Assembly: GCA_047495785.1 (NCBI GenBank)
Contig: JBLDXI010000019.1
Span: 496,001 to 560,000, forward strand
Source of the DNA: Lepidodermella squamata
Taxonomy: Eukaryota > Animalia > Gastrotricha
Length of the DNA stretch: 64,000 bases
Direction of reading: 5' to 3'
In this document: positions 25,201 to 37,200 of the stretch, one piece after another
Layout: every line of letters begins with the position of its first letter
How positions within the stretch are numbered: position 1 is the first letter of the stretch
Position numbers and translations under genes: made by a program
Notes under the pieces: generated by a model
What the model was told of the DNA's origin: nothing
Seen by the model: only the letters and a program-made list of their open reading frames with translations
Database searches by the model: none

Positions 25201-28200
25201 ATTGTGGCGTTGCCAATTTTTCTGATTTGAGTCTCATCCTCTTTTAAAGCAGCCGTCGCTGCGTAGAGGGCTTTCTTCGTATTTTCGTCAGTAGTTGAGC
25301 AACCGTTGTGTGAGAATAGTTCGTTGATGCCACGTAGAACTATCGAGGAGCAGATCCAGTCTAAGTCACGCCTGGCGCGGTATCGTTTCCCAGTCACTGT
25401 CGACGAGGCGGTCAGCTTCGCGGTCGACGGCTGGCACTGAGTGGCCCACTGCGACAAACAGTCGAACTCTGAGAATCCGAACGGCGGTATCGGCGTACAC
25501 CATTTTCCGAGATAGGCGGCACATGATTTCAATTTGTCCCAAGGCGACGGAGCGAGCGATGTCCCAGTTTCCTCCCAAAAATCGAGTACGTGTTGAACTT
25601 CTTCCGGATAAAATTGGCGAATAAATTTCGGCTTCTGAAACTCAACTTGCATATTCAAGGCGGTTAAAATCACGTCGTCGAACATGTAGACCAGCTGTTT
25701 CTTAGTGCCTTTGAGCAATGCTTGCGGGAAAATCACGTGGTCAGAAGTGAAAGCGTCCGTGTTAAGTTCGATTTGCCGTTTTGAACGCGTAGCGCTGGCT
25801 GAAGAAATTAGCGAAGCGGCGAGTGTGGCTACGGCAAGCCACAGGCGAAGGCCAGTAAGCGACATCGAGATTCGTTAATGAGTAAATATCAAGAAGTATT
25901 TACAGTTCGAATAAATGGTTGATTAAATTTTTCGCTCAAATAAAATCTATACAGTAGGAGAAGAATCTGTATTGTTTGACGATTGTTTCTTTCTCGAAAT
26001 TTTGGTGATTTGTGTTCTTCGAGTGTGTGCCTTGCCGGATTTCGGCGATGTTTGAACAACGGGGTTGGCGAAAGTTACTCGCGTGCGAAGGTTATACGGC
26101 TGATGTACGACCGTAGCGTCAAGATCTGACTTATTGAGCGAGTAGTTTCTGTCGGAGGTGACGCTAGTAGAGGACTTTTCAGGCGTCGTCACGCTTGATT
26201 GATTTTTCTCGGGTGACGAGGCTGGACGGTGTTGCGGGGCCACCGATTGCGGTTGGACAGGTGGTACAAGGCTAACCAAGTCCATGCCGAACTGGAATGG
26301 TGTTGGTCGTCGGTGGAATCCTGGCGATGCTGTCAAATGGCCAGTGTTTTGCATTCGAAATTTGTGGGCTGGTGTTGACGTTATTATTGGACTGAAATGG
26401 TCGATGTTTGACGGTGCTGACATGGATGAATGGCGATTATCTTCGTCTGAGGTAGACGGTGCTGGCCCAGTTATTATTGGTGGTGACGGCATTCTGGGCG
26501 GTGTTTCAGGCAATTCTGACGTGCTTGGGGTACGTCGTCGCGGTACCGGTGGCGTTGTTGGCGTCGTAGTCGCCGACGTCGCGGTTGACGGCGTTGTACT
26601 TGCGGTCGTTGTAGTCGGTGTTGTACTTGTAGAAGTCGCCGTTGTAGTACCCGAACTGGCCGAGGTCGGCCTTTTCGAACTACGGAGTATGTACCCACCC
26701 GTCGTGAAATTGTTGTCACGGGTTGGCTCATGAACAATCTGGCGGCTAAGTGTCTGGCGAAGATCAGGTAACGGCGACGCAGCGGCGGCGGGCGGTCGCG
26801 GCGCAGTCGACGCAGGCGCCGCAGCGCCGGGCGGCGCAGCCAACTTTGTAGCGCTCTTCGCCGACGAACGGGCCGACTGTTGCGCTTGCGAATAGCGATC
26901 AGCCGTGGGGAAGTCGCGCAACCAGGCCAACTTGAGGCGGTTGCGATGGGCAAGGATATCACGACCGGACAGGTCAAAGAAGCGAATAGCGTAAGTAACG
27001 GGCGAAACTCGAGCCACGACGGAATACGGGCCCTTGTAGCGAGATGCGAATTTCGGTATCACATCGGGCCGGTTACTTGGCACGTGGAGGTAGACAAGAT
27101 CGCCGATATCGAACGGCTCGCAATTTCCTGAACTGCGATCATAGCGCTCTTTCTCACGAGCACGCGCGAGTTGGAAACGAGTTCGAACGTCGTCGAAAGC
27201 GCGACGGAGTTTGACATACAAGCCGTAAGCATGATTTTCACGCAACTCGTTCTGAGTCTTGGGCTGGGACGCAGGCTTCTCGGCGGAGCACTGCCAGTCC
27301 ATAGCCAACTTGGGCATGTGACCTAGCATAATATACGCTGGTGGGTGGCGATGAGTCGAATGGTGAGACGAATTGTAGCCAGAGCAGCAGGCCTTGACGA
27401 AGCGGCACCAGTCGAGGTGCTGGCCGGGCACGACGTATTTCGCGATGCAGTTATTCATGACTAAATTCAAGTGTTCGCAATGGCCATTAGTCTGCTGGTG
27501 ATAGGCGGAGCTTTTAATACGACGAATCGCAAACGCATCAGTCACGTCCTCGATGAGCTTGGAGATGAAGTAGCGGGCGTTGTCATTGAGCAACGCACGC
27601 GGGCTACCGAAAATGTAGATCCAGTCGAGCAATTTCTCAATCACGGTTTCGGACTTAATATCCGGAATGGGCTCCCACAGCGTGAAGCCACTGAAATGAT
27701 CGGAAATGATGAGAATATAGCGCATGCCACGACGAGACGTAGGGTAGGGACCGGCTACGTCCCAGGTGAGAAGCTCATTCACGTCATGCGAGAGGATGGG
27801 CTCCATCGGAGCACGTGGATGTTTTACAGGGTGATCACGAATTTGGCACACCGCGCATGATTTGACGTATTCAGCAGTAATTTCCTCGTAATTGCGGAAA
27901 TAGAATCGATCTTTTAAGGTGGATAGGGTGCGTTCAACGCCGAAATGACATTTCTCGTCGTGCATAGCGTGAAGCACGGTGACGATGAGATTCTCAGGTA
28001 CGACGATTTGGTAACCCGATTCAGAGGCAGGGTAGTAGCGACACAACAAGCCGTCAGGCGCTATGAAATACTTGCTACGCTGCTTCTGATTGTGACGAAG
28101 GCGGCGTTTCTTGGAGCGACAACGACGATCGGCGGCTTGCGCCGAAATCAAAACATCGCGAGTCAAGTTAACGCCACACGGCGTGAGGGAGCGGAACGGG

Positions 28201-31200
28201 TCGCCCTCGTGGTACGCGTTCTCGTCGACAACAACGTCGTCATCGAAAGTAAGATCGGACGTCATAGCGTTGATGCTGGCCGGGAGTGGCGTAGCTCGAT
28301 CAGGCATACGCGACATCGCATCGGCATTCGCATGAGTTGAACCTCGGCGCGTTATTATATTCAGCGGATATTGTTGTAGGATCATCAGGTAGTTGGACAA
28401 CCGACCTCCGGTGTCCTTCCAGGTGTTCAAAGTACGAAGAGCAGCGGCGTCAGTAATTACGTCGGTGGTAATCGAATTCAAACCCGGCGAGATGTAAGGC
28501 TTAATCTGCTTCAGCCCGTACAGGACGGCAAGAACCTCACGTTCACAACTAGAATAATTGCGCTCGGCCTTAGTCAGATTTCGAGAACCGAAAGCGACTG
28601 GGCGCCGGGTACCGTCGTCCTGGTCTTGTTCGAGAACGTAGCCGAGACCGGACCCCGACGCATCAGTCGATAAAATAAATTTCTTGTCAAACTGAGGGAA
28701 GGCCAAACAAGGCGGCGAGATCAACGCCTTTTTGAGCTCATTAAAAGCGTTCTCGGCATCCTTATTCCAGTGAAAGTTGTTCTTACGTTGTAGCTCGTAC
28801 AACGGAGCTGCGATCATCGCAAAATTCTTGATAAATCGCCGATAATATCCGGCTAACGAGGTAAAAGCTCGAAGTTCGCTAACCGTCGTAGGGACGGGAA
28901 AATTCTGGACCTTCGAAACTCGGTCCCGAAAGATAGATAAACCATCCTGGCTAATAGTGTGGCCAAGATAGGTGATGGAGCGACGAAAAAGTTGGCATTT
29001 CGAACCCTTAATTTTCAAGTTCATTTTACGCATGCGCTCAAGCACGACGCGGAGATCATGAAAATGTTGTTCTTTATTCGGGCTGAAAACTAGAATATCG
29101 TCGAAATAAGTGGCGACGATGCGGCCCAGTAAACCAGTCATGCAGAACGTGAGCAGACGGTTCCAATAGGCCGGGGCGGTTTGAGCACCGAAAGGCATTC
29201 TATTCATGGTCCAGGACCCTTGGGATGATCTGAACCCTAAATATTGCTTTGAATCTTCGGACACTTTCATGTGAAAATAAGCCTGATTTATATCAATAGC
29301 TGAGAAAATGCGGGCTTTCGACAATAAATCAAACTGGCTCCAAATTTGCGGTATTGGGTGTGAGCCGTCATTCACAGTCATGCTATTTAGGCGGCGAAAA
29401 TCATGGGCTAGGCGCAGTGAACCATCCTTTTTCCTCAGGGCAAGGAGGCAGCTACTATACGGCGTAGCAGCCGGCTCAGCAATGCCGTGTTTAACCCAGT
29501 CTTGTATTTCTTTCTCAACCATTTCCCTCTCATGATGTGACTGACGCCGAAGCGGCTGAATGAACGGCGGGCCTTCGACCTTGACCTTGAACTCAAGGGC
29601 ATCGCACAGGCCGATGTCCAGCCTATGGCGCGCGAAACAATCCTTGAATTCGCTCAACAAACTACGCATTCTACGGCGTTCATCAGTGGATAGTTCCGAC
29701 TTTTCCAAGTCGACATCGGGCTCCCAGTCATCGCGGGCGTCGGCCGGCGGCGGCGACGGCCGTTTGGATGACTGGCGGTTACGATCAGCGCCTATTATGT
29801 CTATGTGGACACCCTCGACGAGAAAGGCGGCGACTTTTTGGCCTCTATAGATTTTCACAGGTGATCGCCCGGGGTTGAGTAACACGACCCAAATACGACC
29901 CTCATCATCTACCTTGGAAATTGAGCGTGAGACGACAAATTCGCGCTCATGATTTTGCGTGTCGCTAGGCTCGTCATGTAAATTATCACTAACGACGGTT
30001 TTTCCCGTAAGACCATGACCCGTAATGCGTGCACGGACGCGGATGGGCTTACCCGGCGGAAGAACTACATCATCCAAAGACGCTGCACGCAAATCCGGAT
30101 GCGTGACTGCGTTTATGGCGTACGGTGAATACGGCGCGGCGTGTAACGGAATAGAACCCGCGTCATCACGCAGAAAAATAACATTACGAGAATTGCTTAT
30201 ACTGTCGGCGAACTTGTACGTAAAATCGTGACCTAACAAGCCGTCGGCATGCAAATTCCGAATGAAATAAAACTGGTGTAAAAATTCGTGTCTACCGAAG
30301 CGTATCGGGATAGTCGCCTTGCCCAAAACTTGCAAGGGCTGGTTATCAGGCCCGTTGGCTTTAGCGGGCTCAAGGCGAATACCAGGGTAAAGAAAGCGGG
30401 CATCGATGCAACTATGAGTCGCACCGGAATCGAGAAGCATGGCAACATGCCGAAGTGAGCAACTATCATTTTCAGCAACGTCAACTAAATCCATGTGAGC
30501 GACGAGGCCGCTCGGAGCGTGTGAACAAGAAGAAGACGGTAAAGTAGTGACAGATGAAATAATAGCGGGACAGGTGGCATCGGCGGAGGCGTGTCCGGTC
30601 CCATCGGACGGCCTCCTTAATAGTTTAAATGATCGCCACGCTGTTCACGCGCGTCATAAGACAAACGCGGCTGATAATCACGATCGCGCGACGGAGTACG
30701 GCGCATGCCGCGCTGATGATAGGGCGAGTGACTAGAACGGTAGTCATCGCGAGAGCGACACCGATCGGCGTAATGACCAGGGCGGCGGCATTTATCGCAA
30801 ACAGGGGTGCGAGGACGGCGGTCGTCCCGCTGTTGTAGCAAGTCGCGCATCTTGGAACGGCACTCGGCCTCGACATGGCCGGGCTTCGAGCAATAATAGC
30901 AGGACGGGCGCGAACCACCACGCCGATTATCATTATTAGAAGTGTTGTTATTATTATTACCGTTATCGCGGCTGCGGTAGGCGGACCGGTTGTTGTAACT
31001 ACCACGGCCCTTGTCGCTGTAGCTCGGCTTGTTGCGACCAAGCTCCTGAACCTGCGCGGTCAGCGCGTTGACAGCTTGAATCAGCGCCGTTTCGGTCGGC
31101 TCAGCCTTAACGACGGCGGCAGCAGCAGGCGGCGCCGCAGCGGCGGGCGCAGGCGCAGGCGGTGCCAACGAGGCGGCCGCGCCTGGCGCGTAGTGCGGGG

Positions 31201-34200
31201 CGAGCGCGACCGGGGCCGGCGGCACATATAGAGGCGTACCTAACGAAGTCGCCGTCACGTGGGTGACCGGCGGCGGCGCGGCGCCAGGCAGGCCAATGGG
31301 AAAACCGGCATGGTTAAGGCCGAACGACGGCTGAGCATAAGGCTGGGGATACGAGGGAGTGTAAGAGACATGGCCGAATCCGGCTGGAAGCAGGGCCTGG
31401 GCGCCGGCAGGGCCGACGCGGATCGAGGTATCCGCGACCTCGGCGAGGCGCAATAACTCCTCGCACGTTTGAGGTACGCCAAGCATAGCCATACGCTCAC
31501 GAATAGCAGGCAAAATGCCGAAATAGACCCGATTAACAAGGTCCTTGCTAGTGTTTTCGGGTTCGCCACGCCCGGAATCAATCCACAAACGGCGAATAAC
31601 GTCATAATACTGGCGAACGGTCTCGCCAGGGTATTGAGGGCGAGAATAAAACTGCATCGAGGCTAACACGGTGTCCGGCGCGAGGCCAGACGCGGCGAGA
31701 AGCGCCTTCCGCGCCTCATCAAAAGTAGTAAAACCAGAATAGTCAATAGTCGCCCACACCCGCTCAAGTTTGTTCGACAGAAACAAGGGCAGCATGTGGA
31801 GGACATGTTGTAACGGGTGTAAGTGATTATCAGTGTCGCAAATGTAAGGCGCGACTTTAGCAAAACGACCCCAGGACGAAACGAACTCGTCGTAGGAATC
31901 GCCAGAAATCTGGCCGACACGCACGAGCGCCAGCTCGATAGGCATGGCGAAGGCGGCGGCCGCAGTAGTAGGCGCCGGCGGCGCGGGACGGCCAGGCGCA
32001 GCGCTCGTGGCCACGCCAAAACCGGGAACACCACCAGACAGAGCAGACCCAGCAGGGCCGGAGGAGCCGGATGCCATTAGACCGTAAAAAACGAGAAAAT
32101 GAGTGTGATGTGGCGGTAAAAGCAACGAAAAACCACTTCTGACACCAAAATAGTGTAATATCCGGCACGGTACGGATACCACACGGGTTCGATATAGAGA
32201 GTAAATAACAGTCAGGCAGAAATGATCCAAAACTCCTCATTTTATTGTTATTGTGTTTCAGTATTTATACTGCGGCACGCAGGCCGCTTATTGGTTGGTA
32301 TGCGGACCAATCGCGCTCGACTTGCGTGTCGCGCGTCCGCATAGCACTTGGACACGACTCTTCTAACTTCTATTCCGACTGCCGGCTATTCGTTTCCTAT
32401 GCCGAAGATTGGCTACGTGGTTGGGACGCGTTGGAACTCGACTGGTTTTCTTGGATCAGTTGCGTGCTTTGCCATGTTCAATTCAAGCTTCACGGCCTCT
32501 CAAATCGACCTGTTTCAATACATCTGTCGTTCGGCACCGAAAGCTAGAGCAAATGACTTGATACCAACAAACTACATATATTTTCCGCAGTGGGTAAAAG
32601 ACCTGTCCCTCTCCATAGCAGGCAGTGGTAATGTCACTCAAACCAAGGGAGTTCTAATTGCCATAAATTCCAATTTCCTTAGTTGTAAACCCAGGTTTTA
32701 CGCAATGGTTGGTAACTGGAGCAGCTGAGGCTCAAGAGCTTTCTCTGACTCTCGTCAAACAGCCGAATCAGTTTGGTGGCATATGGTCAACTGCGGTAAC
32801 GAATTTTGCATGTTTTTTCAATCGAATCACTTTGCATTTAAACAGCCAATCACTCCGTCACACATACGCTTTGAGGCAACGTTCAGCCTTCAGGGCACTG
32901 GTAATCTTTTCGGCATCTTCATTGTCGACAAGTACAAAACCGCCCGACCAGGAAGTAAGTTGCGATATACCCATATTTTTCGGAACGCAATTGTCTTCCT
33001 TACACCAGCAACACGGTATTTCGAAGTGGAGGCTTCCTCTTTCATAGGACTCGGCGTTATTTTCGACGCGAGCAAAGGATTGGCCTACTTCATTTACAAT
33101 AGAGTGGCCAATCCGCGGATAACAGATGCCAACTATTATCGCGATCAACCGATAAAGCAGCGTGAAACAACCGCTGTCGGAGACCTCAAGTCGGGAAGGC
33201 AAACAATTGTGCTGGAAATCGTTAACGAGGGTTTGACAGTATACCAGCTTCTGGACGGAGGCTCAGTGAGGAAGCTTTTCGACAATTTCAATATTCGAGG
33301 AATCATCTCCCTCATGCCAGACCTTATGGTTGGTGTCTCCGCTTTATCGAATGGCCCATCGCCTTGCTCAGTGGAGTTACTGAGTTTTCAGAGCTATTAC
33401 ATTTTATTAAGCGACGGACCTAAATGTTTCATGCCTTATTTATCGCTTATCGACAATTCTAACAAAGGTATGTATCGCCGGCCAATGTAATTTTTAAAAT
33501 GCAATTTGGCAAACAGGAAACTGGACTGTTGTAACGAAGCCTATTGATAACAGCGGTGAAGTTACCTCGAAGCTGATCGATTTTTCAACAACAACAGGAT
33601 TTCTTCTCTCGAGTCGAGAAGACGTCGGAATGCAGTCCGCGATCTATTCCGTGCAGGTTAGAATCTTAATCTAAGCAACACTGAATAAGTTGTTTTTCTT
33701 TTTATTCAAGAATTGGCCGATAGATTCTTCGGATATATTGGCCGTTTTCTGTGTCAACGTCGAAAATCAGCCCCAAGGCGATGGCTTGACCATCTTTTTC
33801 GTACCACCTGGTAGCTTCAATAATGGCATCAAATGTAAAGAAATTCATCTTACGAATCTGGAAAGTTTTATATATTGTAATATCTTAGCGGGACCTGGCT
33901 ATCTACCTCAACCGTTCAAGGGCTTTGCAGTCATAGTAAACGGGCCGAATTCGTTCCTTCGAGTTGTCTACGAAGACGCGGGGGCGGCTAATGCTTTGAG
34001 ACCAGAAATCATACTTTCCAACTTTGATAAGGCAAACCCTCAGATTGCGTTTGGCAACACATGCTACGAGATTTCTATGAACAACAACGAAGCTTTTGTT
34101 AGATGATCGAAATAAGTAATTAATGCCCTTGTTTTCTGAAGAGTTTTTCTTTATCAGGTTGGCGTATACAATGAGTCTGGTGCTTATATCCCTCTCGCAA

Positions 34201-37200
34201 GAAACGTTTGGCTACCGAATTTCAAAAAGCTGTCACCTTGGGTTATCGGCATTGGGACGCAGAACACAGTAGTCGGCCATGAAGTTCGCATTTATTCCAT
34301 AAAATTTTTCAAGCTGTTGCCTGATAACAGCCGGGGACAGCAAGAACTCGCTGTTGATGTGTCTAATCCGCTTGGAAACGGAGGATTTGGTTTGCAAGCG
34401 TTGCGTGTGAATGCTTTTTATGTTGATATTTTCAGGTGACTGGCGAGTTGAGGAGTCCTTGTCAGCGTCGTTTCAACCTTACCAAATCTTTCCACCCCCA
34501 ACTGCAATAACCAATCGTGGCTACGCATTTCTCGATAAGACAATGAATAAAAAAGTTCGATTTATTTATGCAAAGGTGGGCTACGCAGTCCCAGAGGGAT
34601 CATTGTAACTTTCTCATTTGGATAGCCCTACTATCCGTCTTCTGGAGGATTGAATCTAATGTTCAGGTTCAACATGGAGTTGAATGCGACTGGGGATGGT
34701 TTCGCTATATTCGTAATCCCTGAAGAAGACGTCAACAGCAAAACTGGTGCATATCTACTCCCGGCAGATTTCCGAGGCTTCGCTCTCATAGTCAATCCTA
34801 TAAATAATACCGTCACTATAGTTACGAATGTACTGCCTATGAAAAAGAGCGTGACAGACTTCAAGGCTTACACGGGAAAATCGTGGCAACCCATTTATGG
34901 ATTTACCTCTTACGAAGTGAAATTGGGATCGGACTCCTTATCCGTAAGTCATTCATCTCTATAATAATTGGTTCTGCTGACGCCCTTGTACAAGTGTAAA
35001 TTGCGAGCAGCCAATGGCGATGTTATTGACTTTGGCCCAATATCGTACGGTATACTTGCAGTCGGTGGACCTTGGGTCGTTGGTGTTGCGGCAACCAATA
35101 GCGAAAGTGGCGTCTCTCGAATTCAAGCAAATTCATTGAAAGTGAGCCTCGGAGGAGATTCGCAGAACCCTGATTCGTCTCCTGAGCAAGGTAAGTAAAC
35201 CCTTCGAATTATTTTCGCTCGTTTGTTTTTATTTCTCACAATGCCCTGTTGTATTCTAACATTGATAAACATTGATATGCCATTCCAGGAATTTATCAGC
35301 CCCAGTTCTCCTTCGATGGTTACAATTTGGGTAGAATTTTTTCCGTCCTGACACAACCCTTTTGATTGATTTTTTTATTTCAGGCGAAAATTGGATAGTT
35401 CGAACAAAAGACAGCGATAACTTGAACTTGGCATCCAACTTTGCGAACCTTCAAACAAAGAACGTAGCTATGCTAAAGCTGCACCCCTACTCTAAATCAC
35501 GTCAAGCGGTTATATACACCAGAAAGGTCCGCTCATTTTGTCGCTCAGTGTTTATTTCAAACCTGATGTTTTAGCCCTTGGCGCTGACGACAACATCTGG
35601 CTATGTTATAACCCTTAACCTCTGGCTAGTAGGTTATGGCGCTGGCGCTGAAGGATTTGATATTTTCCTGGCCAATGCAGAGAGTCTAAACGTGTCTAAT
35701 TGGCAGTGTAAGTTTCTTTTGCAATTTATTTATCATTATTGATTCTAAAAATATGCTGGCCACCAGATGGCAATGCCGAGTTCTTCTTACAACTCCCAGT
35801 TCGTGGGCTACATTTCCTTGTCAACCCGAAGCAAAAGAATGCTGTGAAAATGGTCTATAGCTACCTGCCGATGACATCTCTGATTAACGGACCTCAGTTC
35901 TCCAATGAGAATGTGTATTTGAACAATAGCCAATTATGGTTTACAAACGGATCATATACTTACTCGAACATTACCGTTCGCCTTACTGTGGAGAGTGATT
36001 ACGTTTCGGTAAGATATCCTGTATACAATATAATCCCTCGTTCATCCCTTGGGCGAATAGGGCTCTCTTCGCGATATACAAGATAACGTGTACAACATTG
36101 CCGAGAAGCAAATGGCTCCTTGGCTGTCGATTGCGGGGCCTTGGCATCTCGGAATCGGAACCAAAGCACCCACCAACACCCTAGAACTTGGCGTTCTTTC
36201 CATTCGAACCTACTCGTTGCTTAAGCCAATGACGGTAACCACGTCAACAACCTCGACCACGACCACAAGTACGTCCCCACCTTCTACAACATCTGCCACG
36301 ACCACAACCACGTTGCCTTCTTCTACATCGCCGACCACAATTCAAAGCACGTCCCTTTCTTCTACAACATCGACCGCAGCCACAAGCACGTCATCTACAT
36401 ATACGACGTTGACCACTACCATAAGAACGCCATCTTCTTCGACCAGGATTTCAAGCACTTCACCTGGTTCAAGTAATTCTTCAAATAGCACCCGGCTTTC
36501 CACAAGATCAGCAGCAACTACTAAACGAAAAGTCGAGCCAAGCTTTTACAAGATCAGTGAGTTTTCCGATGAAGGGTTTGACAAAGATATTTCGAGATAT
36601 GTTAATGCAGGTGTCACTGGTATGATTGAGGTTGAGGGTAACATGACGCTGCCGGATGGAACAGTTCTGCCGTGTGAGCCTTGGCCTGAAGAGCTCGACA
36701 ACTCCAGTTCCCTCTTGTTCAAGAGCGTAGCAGCTGTCATGGCTAACGAGGTATCGATCTGAAAGCTAAAACTTTCTTCATCTGCATCTTTATTGGTTTA
36801 TTTTCACAGATTGTGTTGACTTATTTGGCGTCAGGCGCAGCTAATGTGTCAGTGAACATCACTCGAATCTTCAAAGGAAGTGTCATCGCTGACTACATTG
36901 TGGTACTTCGGAGCCTTACGCAATTAAGCGAAGAAGAAATCAGTGCCAAAGTAGAGATTGCCATTAAGGCACTAGCCGCAGCTGCTGCCGCGAGAATTGG
37001 CCAGATTGTCTCAGCGAAAGTGCGAGGTGCTCAGATCATCTCAAGACCCCCGACCACCACCCCAGATCAGATTGAGTTCACTTACGATCAAGAGGGTGAT
37101 GCAGGATCGGGAATAACGCAGGAAGCTGATAGCGGCCCTACTAAACAAGTCACTATCCTCGGGTTACGAAACATCTCCGATTTTACTTACGATCGTGGAT

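Larger units (their letters stand above)
23392..32347 (-). mobile_element. Full-length env-containing Ty3/gypsy (Metaviridae) LTR retrotransposon / invertebrate endogenous retrovirus
   Basis: Two LTRs, PBS, PPT and intact gag, pol (PR-RT-RH-IN order) and env ORFs. Confidence 0.96.

Noticed and set aside
26284-32080. Many plus-strand and alternate-frame ORFs within the retroelement
   Set aside because: Shadow ORFs of GC-rich gag/pol with no recognisable motifs.
32133-32147. tRNA-like 3' end sequence
   Set aside because: It is the primer binding site; there is no cloverleaf around it.
32078-32230. N-terminal 51 aa of the 537-aa gag ORF in the ORF track
   Set aside because: Starts inside the 5' LTR and runs through the PBS; the plausible start is the ATG at 32077.
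32245-32547. 100-aa ORF crossing the LTR-host junction
   Set aside because: Chance chimeric frame; the host portion is out of frame with the LamG exon.
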